From a virus (taxonomy: Duplodnaviria; Caudoviricetes), in IMG/VR virus record IMGVR_UViG_3300032272_000005, positions 1-64,000 of that record: DNA of 64,000 bases; one strand, written 5' to 3'. The position numbers and the translations under genes were made by a program. Within the stretch, counting starts at the first letter, position 1. Each line of letters opens with the position of its first letter. This document shows positions 36,445-46,857 of the stretch, piece after piece. Below the pieces are notes generated by a model. The model was given only the letters and a program-made list of their open reading frames with translations, had not been told where the DNA came from and searched no databases.

Positions 36445-36999
36445 TTAAATCCCTGCAATGGGTTTGTCAACCCCCATAGGTGTTCCAGTAATGATTGCAA
36501 GTAACGCTTCTGATTTATTGACAAGACCATTACCCGCTCTTGTAGCACCCTTGTCCAGCAAGGCATCATATAGCAAGTCACGTTCCCTTTCGGTAAAATA
36601 GAAGGCGACGCAGCGATCTGCCAAAGCCTCTTTACCCGCTGCGAGACGTCTGAGGTTTTCCAAGGATGTGCTTTGTATCTCCCGTATGGTCATACGTTCA
36701 CGGATGTCGAACCCGCGTTCAGCACTCAGCAAAACTTCACGCGCCTTACGGATACCAAGTTCCAGTATATCCTCTAGGCTAATCAGCTTATCTTTAAGCC
36801 CGTTCCATACGTTAAGTTGAATGTATATCTGGCGTTTAGATACGCCTATGATGTCCGCAATTTCTTGGCTATCCATGCCATAATCTCGCAAGACGCTTAT
36901 GAGAAAACCAATCTCGATACTGTTCTTAGTTGTTTTGCGGTTTAGACTTTTGAGTTTTTGAATGGCTTCTTCTAAATTCAGGGGTCTTGTATAGTTCAT
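36445..36999 (-). CDS. HTH DNA-binding protein (ParB/KorB-like HTH)
   Basis: GMDSQEIADIIGVSKRQIY helix-turn-helix; monocistronic from promoter 37032-37060. Confidence 0.7.
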   Translation of the reverse strand: MNYTRPLNLEEAIQKLKSLNRKTTKNSIEIGFLISVLRDYGMDSQEIADIIGVSKRQIYIQLNVWNGLKDKLISLEDILELGIRKAREVLLSAERGFDIRERMTIREIQSTSLENLRRLAAGKEALADRCVAFYFTERERDLLYDALLDKGATRAGNGLVNKSEALLAIITGTPMGVDKPIAGI

Positions 37000-37295
37000 T
37001 GTTGCTCTCCAAAGCGGTGATAGGTGCCCCTTGTATATTCCCCTGTGATTAGTTTGTCAACCCCTTTGGTCTTAGCCGTGGTTTGGCATACCCTGACGGG
37101 AAGGTGCTTTCGTGACACTGTAAAATCCAGGCGGACTTGGCAAGCCCACTTGGAAAATACTCTTTCTCTTTGGCAGGTATATCATCACCACAAGCCTTGT
37201 AGATTGGGTACATCTTGAGTGGTATGGTCGTGTCATGGCTGGGGTTAAAGGCCACCAGTGTACTCCAGAATGCTGTCTTGAGAACACTTAGCATG

Positions 37296-37499
37296 TCAAA
37301 TCTCCTTGTACAAAGATATGGTGATCTTGTGGTAGTCCACGTTCCCCAGTTCGCCCATACTCTGGGGTCGGATTGTGTCAAGATTGGCGTGAACCGTTAG
37401 GCCCCGTCGTGCGGCCTCAGTAAGCAACCCATTCAGGTGCGTGACATGTTCTTTAATAGACCCTACGATAATCGCTTCTGATGCTTCGGAAAGTTTCAT
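37296..37499 (-). CDS. Hypothetical protein
   Basis: ATGA overlap. Confidence 0.45.
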   Translation of the reverse strand: MKLSEASEAIIVGSIKEHVTHLNGLLTEAARRGLTVHANLDTIRPQSMGELGNVDYHKITISLYKEI

Positions 37500-37840
37500 A
37501 TCGGTTTACCTCCACTTGCATAGATACGGGCCATGCTGATCATACCCTTGATCTGGTTGTCTTGGGCAATGAATTGCGCGTCCCGTGTTGACAGCATAGT
37601 TTGCAGCATATCGTGCTTGCTTTGCAAATCAGCAAGGGCATCATCCGCTGCCTTTAGTTTAGACACATAGTCAAACGAAGCTTTCTGGTAAGCAACATTC
37701 TTTTCCTGCTCTGCAATAAGCATCCCCCGTATATGATCAAGCGATTTATCCTTGCGTTTGATGGCTTTTTCCAGATTATCAATCACGGTCAAATCATTCT
37801 TGGAAGTCATGATCTTTTCCCCTTGCTGGCGAATGCACAT
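37496..37840 (-). CDS. Coiled-coil hypothetical protein
   Basis: Heptad pattern; likely start MTSK. Confidence 0.55.
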   Translation of the reverse strand: MCIRQQGEKIMTSKNDLTVIDNLEKAIKRKDKSLDHIRGMLIAEQEKNVAYQKASFDYVSKLKAADDALADLQSKHDMLQTMLSTRDAQFIAQDNQIKGMISMARIYASGGKPI

Positions 37841-38316
37841 ACCACAGACATTAGCGTCTCTTTACGCGCTATCTCCCCACGATGCTGCACCCGTAAATCG
37901 GCAAGAACCTTCGTGGCACTTTCCAACCCAGCTTGGATTTTATCCAGTTTCTTTTCGAGTGCATCACATTTGTCCACGGCTGCGCCCAAGCGTTTCTGCG
38001 TATTTTCCAGTTCCGCGTTCCGTTGTGACAGCCGTTCAGTCGTGGCAGCGTGGGCCTCTTTCTCGGCTTCATAGTGGGACTTGTAATCCTCTATCTGCGC
38101 TTCAAGTATGCGCTTCTGAGTGGGCGTCATATTGGCTTCACCCGTCACAGGAATTTCCATTGCTAGTTCTGCAACTTCCTGTGCCCGTTCCTTGCTCGGT
38201 TGGGGTGGGTTGCGGCCCGTGTGTATGGTTGGTTCAGGCCCCCTGTTGACCGCCACAACACTTTCAGTTGGGTGCGTCTCGTCAATTGGGTGGTCAGGTG
38301 ATTTATTAGTAGCCAT
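37807..38316 (-). CDS. Coiled-coil hypothetical protein
   Basis: GGAG RBS; heptad pattern. Confidence 0.6.
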   Translation of the reverse strand: MATNKSPDHPIDETHPTESVVAVNRGPEPTIHTGRNPPQPSKERAQEVAELAMEIPVTGEANMTPTQKRILEAQIEDYKSHYEAEKEAHAATTERLSQRNAELENTQKRLGAAVDKCDALEKKLDKIQAGLESATKVLADLRVQHRGEIARKETLMSVVCAFASKGKRS

Positions 38317-38335
38317 GGTTTTCTCCTATGAGGGT

Positions 38336-38608
38336 TTAGTCATTGTTCATGCGGTCTGCGAATGAGCCGCCGATTGGTAATCCAATTATTGCAGCCGCGT
38401 CTGCCAAGTCTAATGGTAGCAGCGGTGGTAATGGGTCTTGGCCTGATCCAATCAGGTAGATGTCAAAGATGGGGCGTGCCAGATAGCGAAAGGCAATGAT
38501 TGCAACCACTACCCATCCAGCCGTGACGCGCCATTTAATTGATCTGAATGCGAGTACCATGTCAGGGTCGCGTGTAGGTATTACCATTCTTGGGTCATTG
38601 TCTTCCAT
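38336..38608 (-). CDS. Holin-like protein (GTA_holin_3TM-like)
   Basis: KWRVTAGWV..AIIAF.Y..RP......LP.L.....AIIGL..GGS..DR pattern. Confidence 0.6.
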   Translation of the reverse strand: MEDNDPRMVIPTRDPDMVLAFRSIKWRVTAGWVVVAIIAFRYLARPIFDIYLIGSGQDPLPPLLPLDLADAAAIIGLPIGGSFADRMNND

Positions 38609-38958
38609 TAGTAATCATCCTCTCTTTGCATCCACTCAGGGACATAATTGGCCCCGTCACCTTCATAGATGTCGGGTCTTTTGTAATCAGACATAGGGTG
38701 CTTGATTTCGATTTCTGTTTCGACGAACACGCGCCCGTGACAATGGTTGCAGCGTTTGGCGTCAAATGCGGCCCATGTAGGGACTTTCATGCAGGATATG
38801 CACACCTTTGCCACGCCAAGCTGGACAGGCTGTAAGGGATCGACTGAGGGCGTCTTGGCTATGGTTTCAGAACACATGGTAGTGTCTCCCTGTGTCAGCA
38901 AATATTTTATGAATGATGTTGATCTTGCCTTCCGCCATTTCTTCCAGCGTTTCCTCAT
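38608..38958 (-). CDS. Zn-ribbon hypothetical protein (likely start MCSE)
   Basis: C..C and C..C pairs. Confidence 0.45.
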   Translation of the reverse strand: MRKRWKKWRKARSTSFIKYLLTQGDTTMCSETIAKTPSVDPLQPVQLGVAKVCISCMKVPTWAAFDAKRCNHCHGRVFVETEIEIKHPMSDYKRPDIYEGDGANYVPEWMQREDDY

Positions 38959-39115
38959 TGACGTAATTGATATTCAGCCATGCATCCACCAGCCGAACGT
39001 GGCGGCAATCCTGATCTTCCTTATTAAGCGGCAAGACCGTGATCGGATATGTCTCCAGTAGAGCAAGGGCATTCCTGCGAACCTTGTCCATAGAGATTTG
39101 GTTTGTGTAGGTCAT
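38867..39115 (-). CDS. Hypothetical protein
   Basis: ATGA overlap. Confidence 0.5.
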   Translation of the reverse strand: MTYTNQISMDKVRRNALALLETYPITVLPLNKEDQDCRHVRLVDAWLNINYVNEETLEEMAEGKINIIHKIFADTGRHYHVF

Positions 39116-39327
39116 ACCGTCTTCCCATAATTAAGTGTGGCGTCGGGTGCAGACATAGTTACCCATCCCTTCACATGGGGGTAGCATCCTTTACCGCACG
39201 ATGGGCAGTAAGACGGGAAGCGGGGGTTCACCCAGCAAAGCAGATGCCCACAACACTCCATATGGAATAGTCGGAAGGGTACACGTTCCTTTGAGTGGTT
39301 TGATTTGGTAGGCATTGTAATCTCCAA
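39112..39327 (-). CDS. Zn-ribbon hypothetical protein
   Basis: CCGHLLCWVNPR.P.YCP.CG; promoter 39339-39367. Confidence 0.6.
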   Translation of the reverse strand: MEITMPTKSNHSKERVPFRLFHMECCGHLLCWVNPRFPSYCPSCGKGCYPHVKGWVTMSAPDATLNYGKTV

Positions 39328-39396
39328 TAGGTGTGTCTTTGGTAATCCCCTATTTTTAGTTTGTCAACCCCCCACGCATGGGAGGCCGACTTTTGT

Positions 39397-39768
39397 TTAG
39401 ATGGCTTTGGCCTTGGTGTATTCAGCCAGTTTATATTTGGGTACTTTGGTTCCGTCTTCAAAGGTGGCAGGGAATTCCCCGTCTTTCGGATAGGCCCAAG
39501 TACGATCCATCAATTCTTCATGGCCCCCTTTGGGTCGGCCCTGTTCACATTCGAATACATCCCGTACCAATACCAGTTCCCAGTGTTCCCCGTCTTCTGC
39601 GTCCCACGGTGGGTTTAGGTTTTCGAGTTTGTCAAAATGGTAATGATCTTGGATGTCGCCAGATGCGGTATCCACCCTTTCCCAGTCCCATTCATACGCG
39701 ACCATATTAACGAACTTGACATCTACGGCGGGGCCTATGCCCCTAACCATCATTTTGTAGCCAGCCAT
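39397..39768 (-). CDS. Hypothetical protein
   Basis: TAATG junction. Confidence 0.55.
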   Translation of the reverse strand: MAGYKMMVRGIGPAVDVKFVNMVAYEWDWERVDTASGDIQDHYHFDKLENLNPPWDAEDGEHWELVLVRDVFECEQGRPKGGHEELMDRTWAYPKDGEFPATFEDGTKVPKYKLAEYTKAKAI

Positions 39769-39971
39769 TAGGAAGGCACCTTCTCGAATTCAGCAAACTC
39801 GCCAGCACGGATGTCAATGCCTTGGATGTTTATATCCCGCAATCTACGGGCGTCTTCATCGCTTCCGCAGGTAAAGGTTAATTCGGTTCCCCCATCAATC
39901 ACCATCTTTATAAAGTAATCGCGGGGTAGGCTTTTACGGCATAGATTATGTAGTGGTTTTAAAGTATTCAT
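39768..39971 (-). CDS. Hypothetical early protein
   Basis: GGAG RBS; promoter 40021-40049. Confidence 0.55.
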   Translation of the reverse strand: MNTLKPLHNLCRKSLPRDYFIKMVIDGGTELTFTCGSDEDARRLRDINIQGIDIRAGEFAEFEKVPS

Positions 39972-40069
39972 TGATAATCTCCAAATGTGGTGTTGTCCTA
40001 CATCGTCGTAGAATACCCTTAGTATACCCCCCTACATTTGGTTTGTCAACCCCCGTGATCTTGAGTTCA

Positions 40070-40753
40070 CTAATAAGGTTTGATCATATCGGGTGTTAGA
40101 ACACCATCCCACTTGGTTTTCTTTGTGAACAACCCAAGCTGTGTATCCATCCTGATATTCTTGGTTCGCTTGCGCCATGTCCATAAGGTCGCCTGTATAT
40201 CACACGGCGGTATATCGGTGCTACGGGTAAGTGCTCTTACGGCCTTCTCTACTTCAGTATAAAGCGGCCCACCCCCACGCAGTTTGAAGTTGGCTTCTTT
40301 CATGTTCATATCTTCACCACAGGCAATAGCAATCATATGCCCGTCAACCGTGACCAGTTTGCTATCCCCCAGATACAGAATATTGTCTCGGAATGCAGTA
40401 ATCTTGCGGCCTTTGACCTTATCCAGAAATGATACCTCGCCTGTCAGATAGCCCCATGCCCGTTGCCCACAACTTCTGTAAGTGCTGATTATGCAATCAT
40501 CGAATGTCTTGCCCGTTGTCAGGGCTTGCAGGATGCTCACCAAGCTGCGCAGGTTGCCGTGGTAATCATTGTTCGGAGACAACGCTACAAACGCCTCCAC
40601 GGTGGGGATGAATGGCACTTTGTAATGCTCGGCAATCCCGCGTAAGGTTTTCTGATATACGGGGTAGGCGGCTCTGCCCATCTGTAAATCAATCGGGTCG
40701 ATCTCATCCCACGCCTTGCTTATGTTCTTTTTATAATCGTAAGCGTATGCCAT
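40070..40753 (-). CDS. DUF7178-like protein, possible HhH DNA-glycosylase-fold member
   Basis: ALSP.N....N, G.KI.AF..NI, VTVDGH and QA.LW...R motifs. Confidence 0.55.
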   Translation of the reverse strand: MAYAYDYKKNISKAWDEIDPIDLQMGRAAYPVYQKTLRGIAEHYKVPFIPTVEAFVALSPNNDYHGNLRSLVSILQALTTGKTFDDCIISTYRSCGQRAWGYLTGEVSFLDKVKGRKITAFRDNILYLGDSKLVTVDGHMIAIACGEDMNMKEANFKLRGGGPLYTEVEKAVRALTRSTDIPPCDIQATLWTWRKRTKNIRMDTQLGLFTKKTKWDGVLTPDMIKPY

Positions 40754-40974
40754 TAGTATTTTCCCTGTATGCCCAAGAATAAATCACGATCCTTGGTTAC
40801 TTGATCCAGTTGCATGTATAGGTCTTCCCACATCAACTCATATGCAGATGTCTTGCACCCGTGGCAGATGGCCTTATCGTCTATTGAATGCCCATCAGTC
40901 GGATCGTTGTAGACGGTGCCTTCATAGCCGCACTCATCACACTCGCCCTGCTTGGCTTTATGTTTCTCAGTCAT
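40753..40974 (-). CDS. Zn-ribbon hypothetical protein
   Basis: CDECG and C.GC. Confidence 0.5.
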   Translation of the reverse strand: MTEKHKAKQGECDECGYEGTVYNDPTDGHSIDDKAICHGCKTSAYELMWEDLYMQLDQVTKDRDLFLGIQGKY

Positions 40975-41436
40975 TGGGTTTTTCTTTCTTGGTTAGATCA
41001 AAGCCCACAGGTTGCTTCTTTTCGGTATATGGGACGCCGTTCTTGTCGAGTACCTTGGACACATGTTTGTCAGGTTCATGCACTGTCATGTTTTTAGGGC
41101 CTGCTTCCCACCAACTCATCCCCTGTACTTCTCTGCTTTTGCCAACAGTTCCAAAAATTGGTCAATAGGAAGACGCACATTTTCCGCGCCTTGTGATCTT
41201 TCATATGCCTGTTCTATTTTTTCTTGTGTCCAAAATTCTTTCTTTGGAAATGGGATAACATTATCACTCATTTTGTTAGCCTTTCTAACAGGTTTGCGGT
41301 GGCTCTCAATTTTCTGATCCACTCACCAATGATCTTCTTGTTTACGGGACGTTTCCCCACGGCAGTCCTGATCATCGCGCCAGTGACGCCCTCATGCTCT
41401 CTGATAGCACTTTCAATGATCTGTCCCGCCCTCATA

Positions 41437-41853
41437 TCAGGTTACTAGACTTTCAGCGTAGGCTTTGGCCTCTTTCATTGTTTCGAAGGGTTTTGGTTTT
41501 CTGGCTTTTACTTCATCTGGCCCCCAGAATTCAATAAGGCACCCGTCACTGTAAACCTCAATAACCAAGGACGTGTGTTCAAGGAAATACCGAGTTCCAT
41601 AGGCTTGCTTGACTTCTACCCAACTTGGGTTCTGTAATTTAAAATCCATTTTAGGTTTCTCTGATTTATGTTCGGATGTGACAGAGAAACCAGACTTGGT
41701 GCGGCGAACAAGGAACTTGAAAAACTCACCAGCCCTCGCGTATTCAACTACCGCATCTTTACTGTCAGTTGGCATTACAGTGATCCCATATCTGATCGCT
41801 TTCACAGCCATGTCTATCTCGTGATCGGCACAGTTCATAATATATCTAGGCAT
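41437..41853 (-). CDS. Hypothetical protein
   Basis: Packed ORF. Confidence 0.5.
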   Translation of the reverse strand: MPRYIMNCADHEIDMAVKAIRYGITVMPTDSKDAVVEYARAGEFFKFLVRRTKSGFSVTSEHKSEKPKMDFKLQNPSWVEVKQAYGTRYFLEHTSLVIEVYSDGCLIEFWGPDEVKARKPKPFETMKEAKAYAESLVT

Positions 41854-41858
41854 TTGGT

Positions 41859-42170
41859 TTACTTTCCCTTTCGTGAGGGGTGGTTTTTGGATAACCTGTC
41901 CAAGATTATCAGAAATGCAGCCATACCAGTGTCCTTGGTTGTGAAGTCCTTATCACCATTGGTATAGTTATTGTGCAGGAATGCAGCCGCGTTTTCCACA
42001 GTCATAGGGTCTGCATTCAAATCTTCTGTCAGGAAAGCCATGGCAGATGTTATATCATCCCATTCAGCGTCGTTTCGGGAGTGCCGTTCTGGGATGCAGG
42101 TTTCACGGTAGCTGTGGATCGCGTTCCAGATCGTGTCTAAATAATTAGTTCGGGTGCATGGTGTAGACAT
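41859..42170 (-). CDS. Hypothetical protein
   Basis: TAATG junction. Confidence 0.55.
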   Translation of the reverse strand: MSTPCTRTNYLDTIWNAIHSYRETCIPERHSRNDAEWDDITSAMAFLTEDLNADPMTVENAAAFLHNNYTNGDKDFTTKDTGMAAFLIILDRLSKNHPSRKGK

Positions 42171-42415
42171 TATCCCGCGCCCCCGTTCTTGGCATACAGC
42201 ATGAACCGTTCTTCCACATGGGGCAGGGTTCCTTCATTGAGTACATGCGCGGCCCGTACTGGGTCAAGGTCGCTTGTGGCGAGTAGGACGGTGGCTATGA
42301 CGTGATCCAGAGTGATCTGCACTTGGGCAAAGTCTTTAACGGGGTGCCTCCCATTCAGAATTATCTTTGCTGCTTGTTCAGCCAGCTTGGTATCAATCTC
42401 GTTTTGTTTGGGCAT
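42170..42415 (-). CDS. Hypothetical protein (start re-assigned to MPKQ)
   Basis: GGAG RBS and promoter 42440-42468. Confidence 0.55.
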   Translation of the reverse strand: MPKQNEIDTKLAEQAAKIILNGRHPVKDFAQVQITLDHVIATVLLATSDLDPVRAAHVLNEGTLPHVEERFMLYAKNGGAG

Positions 42416-42473
42416 TTGTTTCTCCAGTGATAGATTTCTTTTGTAATTCCCTACGATTGATTTGTCAACCGCG

Positions 42474-43796
42474 TTATGCCTCCCACATATAGGTGCCTGT
42501 TGGGACGTTCGTTCCACTGGATTTGAATGATCCCACAGGCAGGTCACGCCAGTTGTAAGACCATTTCTCGTCAGGGTCGCCACAATAGCCGTGATCGTAT
42601 CTCGCCGTGGCAGGTAGGATCGCGTACAGTTGTCCGCCTGGTTTTAAGAATTTCTTGGCGTGATCAACATGCTTCTGATAGTGCTTCCCCGCGAATGGAG
42701 GGTTCATCACCACAAGATCAAAGACGGGTTCTGGTGGCATGTCCAGAAAGTTGGCCCGTGTTACCGCCAGTCCACTGTTGATGCACTGTAGATGCCGTTC
42801 AGCGTGCACCTCGACGCCTTGTATGCTGATATGTGGGTGGGCTTCCAGCATTTGCTTCATCATGTTGCCCGTACCGCACGACGGTTCCAGCACTTTGGCC
42901 CCCTGTGAGACGTGCATATCATTCAGCATGAACTGCATAGCGGCTGGTGGCGTAGGGTAATATGCCAAGTCCTTGGATAAGGCCGTGCCAGTCTTCTTGT
43001 ACCGCTCTGCCGCCGCTTCAGGGCTATCGGGTAATACCTCACCATAAAACTCCGCAAGACCCTTGTTGATCGTCTTTAATGCCTTGGGATCGAATATCAG
43101 GTGGCAGTTATTGTTCTTGAACCATTTGACCTTGACGCCGTTGTATACGGGCAGTTCCATACGGCGTGCTGACTTCATCAGATCATCGAACTCGCCATAG
43201 TCAATCCGTGGTTCCCCATCCAGTGTATTCAAACAGTTCAGCACGTCTTTGACTTGATCACGCCCCCATCCATGATACTCTCCGCAACTTTCGACAATGA
43301 TCCGCTTGGGCAATCCTTTGACGCCTATCCGTACCTTGTCATGTGACTTGTATGCGGGGTCAAGTTGGGTGAAGCATTCAGCCAACCCCTTCAATACGTG
43401 GTGACGTGGATCAATCAGATAATCAGCGAATAGTTCGCGGATGTTATCCATAGTGAATTCATCAGGCTTGGTGAACTTGAGTTCAAATGACTTACGATCT
43501 TTGGTAGATGCAATCGCGTCGATCTGCAACCCGTTATACAGATACTTCCATGCGGATTGCAGCAAGGATGCCTCCATATCGTTCTGGGTGAGGTGTAGCC
43601 GCTCTCGTGTCATTGGTTGCCCAAATGTGCCCTGAATGCAGACAATCGCCTCACACGCCTTCACAGCCGCGTCGAAGGCCATGATCCGCTCTGGGATCGC
43701 AGCACGCTGTTCATTGTAGGTTTCAATGGCGTCGGATAAACGGGGCCTGATTGCAACTTCGGTGCTTGGTGAGGGTTTCCCTTTGATGTGTATCAT
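42474..43796 (-). CDS. DUF4942 domain + N6-adenine methyltransferase
   Basis: AWKYL, KWFKNNNCHL.F and YYPTP; VLEPSCGTG motif I; MNPPF motif IV. Confidence 0.8.
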   Translation of the reverse strand: MIHIKGKPSPSTEVAIRPRLSDAIETYNEQRAAIPERIMAFDAAVKACEAIVCIQGTFGQPMTRERLHLTQNDMEASLLQSAWKYLYNGLQIDAIASTKDRKSFELKFTKPDEFTMDNIRELFADYLIDPRHHVLKGLAECFTQLDPAYKSHDKVRIGVKGLPKRIIVESCGEYHGWGRDQVKDVLNCLNTLDGEPRIDYGEFDDLMKSARRMELPVYNGVKVKWFKNNNCHLIFDPKALKTINKGLAEFYGEVLPDSPEAAAERYKKTGTALSKDLAYYPTPPAAMQFMLNDMHVSQGAKVLEPSCGTGNMMKQMLEAHPHISIQGVEVHAERHLQCINSGLAVTRANFLDMPPEPVFDLVVMNPPFAGKHYQKHVDHAKKFLKPGGQLYAILPATARYDHGYCGDPDEKWSYNWRDLPVGSFKSSGTNVPTGTYMWEA

Positions 43797-44131
43797 CTTT
43801 TAAATTCCTCAGTTTTTCCATTTTTTGTTTTGCTCATGGTAGTCGGCCCCGTTTTGTAGCCATCCCATATCTTAACCAGTAAATCACGACGGGCAAGGAA
43901 CGCTATATGCTGATCCCCTGATATGTTCATATCCCCAGTCACGTCACGAGACAGCTTTGTAAGTGCTACACGCTGGTTGGCAAGAGTGATCCCGTGACCT
44001 TTGGCCCTGAACAGTCGATCCCCGACTTCTTTCAGTACCGCCATCCGTGCGTTATAGTGTGCTAGTTTCATCATCCCCTCACAGTATGCACTAGAATAGC
44101 AATAAGAATTAATAATGAAAGTGCTGCGCAT
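43793..44131 (-). CDS. Hypothetical protein
   Basis: Packed ORF; start probably MMKL. Confidence 0.45.
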   Translation of the reverse strand: MRSTFIINSYCYSSAYCEGMMKLAHYNARMAVLKEVGDRLFRAKGHGITLANQRVALTKLSRDVTGDMNISGDQHIAFLARRDLLVKIWDGYKTGPTTMSKTKNGKTEEFKR

Positions 44132-44221
44132 ATCATTGCTGGTCTGTACTTCTTTGATTTATCGAATAGCGTTGAAATGTTAAACAACAACACGGATACA
44201 AGCATGAAAAAAGTAGTGGTA

Positions 44222-44716
44222 CTAAGCATTTTCATCAAACCCGCAGCGGATGGGTTTGGTTTTAGCACGCCACCCCTCCTGTTTAAGGGCGTTCTTGGCT
44301 GTTGATTGTCTCCATCCAAGATCATCCCGTCCATTTTCTGCTATTTCAGTCAAAGCCGCTTCCAACTCCGCAATGCGCTTGCCGTCATTCAGTGCTAGGC
44401 GGTTCTGAATAGTTTCGATTATATGCTTAACCAAAACGACAGGATCAACGGCGCAGCATTCCATATGTTCTTGTGCAGGTATAGGCCCGACATTCGCACC
44501 AACATACTCATACAGAATGTTTAGGGCCACTGCGTTTGCTTGTGCAGCAACCTTCCAGTCTTTGTTTATATCGGGTTTGGTTTCATCAACCACAGGTGCG
44601 CTGTCACAGTGGTTCATCACATTTAAAGCAGAGGCTTCTCGATCCGTTATTTTACAGTAGGTACACATAGTTCTTCCATGCCCTAGTGTTGAAGGTATCC
44701 AATTATGATTAGTCAT
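44222..44716 (-). CDS. Hypothetical protein
   Basis: H.W..STLGHG.TMC.YC N-terminus; ATGA overlap. Confidence 0.55.
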   Translation of the reverse strand: MTNHNWIPSTLGHGRTMCTYCKITDREASALNVMNHCDSAPVVDETKPDINKDWKVAAQANAVALNILYEYVGANVGPIPAQEHMECCAVDPVVLVKHIIETIQNRLALNDGKRIAELEAALTEIAENGRDDLGWRQSTAKNALKQEGWRAKTKPIRCGFDENA

Positions 44717-44925
44717 GTGTCCAAGTCCTCATGCGTTTTTGCGATTACATATTCACGGGTGATCACCTCTTTGACCAAAAAGTCTTTCTCGCAATGGGAA
44801 CAAGAAAAGTCGTGTGCTTCCTCTCCCCAGTGCGTTGTGACTTGGTAATAGTTATCACCCTCATCAAGCGGATGTTCGCCCCCACAGAATGGGCATGTTA
44901 TGCTGTCTACCATGATAATCTCCAA
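44713..44925 (-). CDS. Zn-ribbon hypothetical protein
   Basis: TCPFCG and CSHCEK; promoter 44938-44966. Confidence 0.6.
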   Translation of the reverse strand: MEIIMVDSITCPFCGGEHPLDEGDNYYQVTTHWGEEAHDFSCSHCEKDFLVKEVITREYVIAKTHEDLDT

Positions 44926-44951
44926 ATAGGTGTTCTTGGTATAACCCCCTG

Positions 44952-45224
44952 TTACGGGTTTGTCAACCGTAGCCGCTCACAAGTGTCTGCCCATTCATAT
45001 ATCCCAATCTTTGCCAAGTCTGCTATGACGCGGCTATCCACCTTTACACTGCATTCAGGGTGGTCTGGGTTCCCAACTGTGATAAGCCGTGACTGTGGTT
45101 GTGGGGGGCTGTAAACCACTATCATAGCAGATACGAATAACGCCGCCATGATAGTAAGGATCAGTAATCCTGCAAGGGTTGGGGTGCTATACCCCGTTGT
45201 AGTTGGTTCTGGTTCCCGTACCAT
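44952..45224 (-). CDS. Single-TM hypothetical protein
   Basis: TM helix at about aa 16-38. Confidence 0.5.
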   Translation of the reverse strand: MVREPEPTTTGYSTPTLAGLLILTIMAALFVSAMIVVYSPPQPQSRLITVGNPDHPECSVKVDSRVIADLAKIGIYEWADTCERLRLTNP

Positions 45225-45228
45225 CAGT

Positions 45229-46770
45229 TTAATCCAAATCCGTTAGTTCTATACCCGCACGCTTAGTGTACGATACATGCTCCATTGGGACGCAGCGGAA
45301 TACCCGTACCGAACCGCCACTATCTTCAATTTCCAGTACCGCGTCGGCAAGTGCCTGTTTGTCCTCATGGACAGCAAGGCCGTTATCGGCATTCTTTTCA
45401 TAAAGAGCCTTAGTCACATAAATATCTTTCATCAGTTTAATCCTTTCAATACGATGTCGATTTCAGCCAATGTCCCTTGAACCTCGGCCCAGTTGTGTAC
45501 CAGTATACTCGCGCATAGTGCATACATGAATGCTTTAAAGATGAAGTACATGGTGATCCCCCTTATAGGTCAATTGCTTCACTACCATCTGTACGATGCA
45601 CCCTGATAATGACAGGCACGATTTCAGCCTGTGGGTTCTTCAGATAATCGGGGTGGACTACCCATTGTTTATTAGCCATTGCCTTGGTGGTTCCCACGGC
45701 CCTGACAAAGTAGGTTCGGTTAGTCGGGCAATACGCCATAAAGCCTTCTGTTACACAAGCCACTATCTTTTCCTTTTCGGAGTTACAATTACACGGTAGG
45801 GGCAGCGGGTTCTGTGAAGGACACCGACACCTTGATATTTTTCCCGCTTCCCAATGAATACGGTTTGGGCATACATCATGCGCTGCACATCTGGGGCATA
45901 GTTCTTGGGTTTGACGGGATAAGCCCCCACGACGAAACTCTTGCGTTCTTTCTGTGCTATCACGAATGCACGTTCATTAGCACGGACGCCGCAGATATGT
46001 TCGCTGCGTTTCATAGTTCCACCTGTCGGACAACCACGCCTTGCAGTTCGAAGATACGCATAGTCAGAAGTTCATCTACGATATAATGGGGGCATTCCAG
46101 TAGGCTCTTGGTGAGTGCCAGAATGAATATCCCTTGGTGTTTGAATAGCGCGTGCCCCTTGCCCATGAAATAGAGCAACTCATGCACGCTGGTGACGGGT
46201 ACGGGTTGGAGTTGTCGCTTCATTTACAATATACCTCATAGTGCAGTTCTTGTCCCAAGTGTAGGATTTCACTGGCGGGGCATGTGATAAACAGCATCCA
46301 CTTACCATGTTTTAAGCCTACCCGATGATCGCCATTCATCAATGTATTTGTCAGCCGTTCAGCTTCTTCTTGTGTTCCTGTTTCCAGTTCCATTTCAATA
46401 TCAGGATTGTTCATCCGTCTGTCTCCAATTCAGGTGTGTAAGGGCCAAGGTCGGTAGCCCCACGGTTTTTAACACTGTGCCAAGCGCACATATCGCAAGC
46501 GACATAGGGGCCTTCTCTAAGTTTGGTTTTATCAGAGAAATGAAACCACGCTATGATCTTGGTAGCTGGACTGCAACAATCAATACAGGTGCCGTGCGAG
46601 AAACTGGCTTTATCACAATCGGGGCAATGGGTTGGCCCTCCATTATCATCAAGGATCAGATAGGTATCTTGGCAGGTTGAACATTCACGGATCATATCAA
46701 TCCTCCCATATACGCAGGTTGCAGCGTGAGCATCGTGTCGAGTAGATACGCCCAAACCGTCCACACTCAT
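45229..46770 (-). other. Run of about 7 small packed hypothetical ORFs (45229-45432, 45563-45763, 45763-46014, 46011-46223, 46220-46414, 46411-46770)
   Basis: Overlapping stop/start junctions, same strand. Confidence 0.5.
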
Positions 46771-46857
46771 TGTTAGGGGACAGGTAATCCATCCTCATCC
46801 CGCCTTGTGGGTCGTGTCCGTGGCGGCAGGGCCATAGCCAATCTAGTAATTTAGTAA

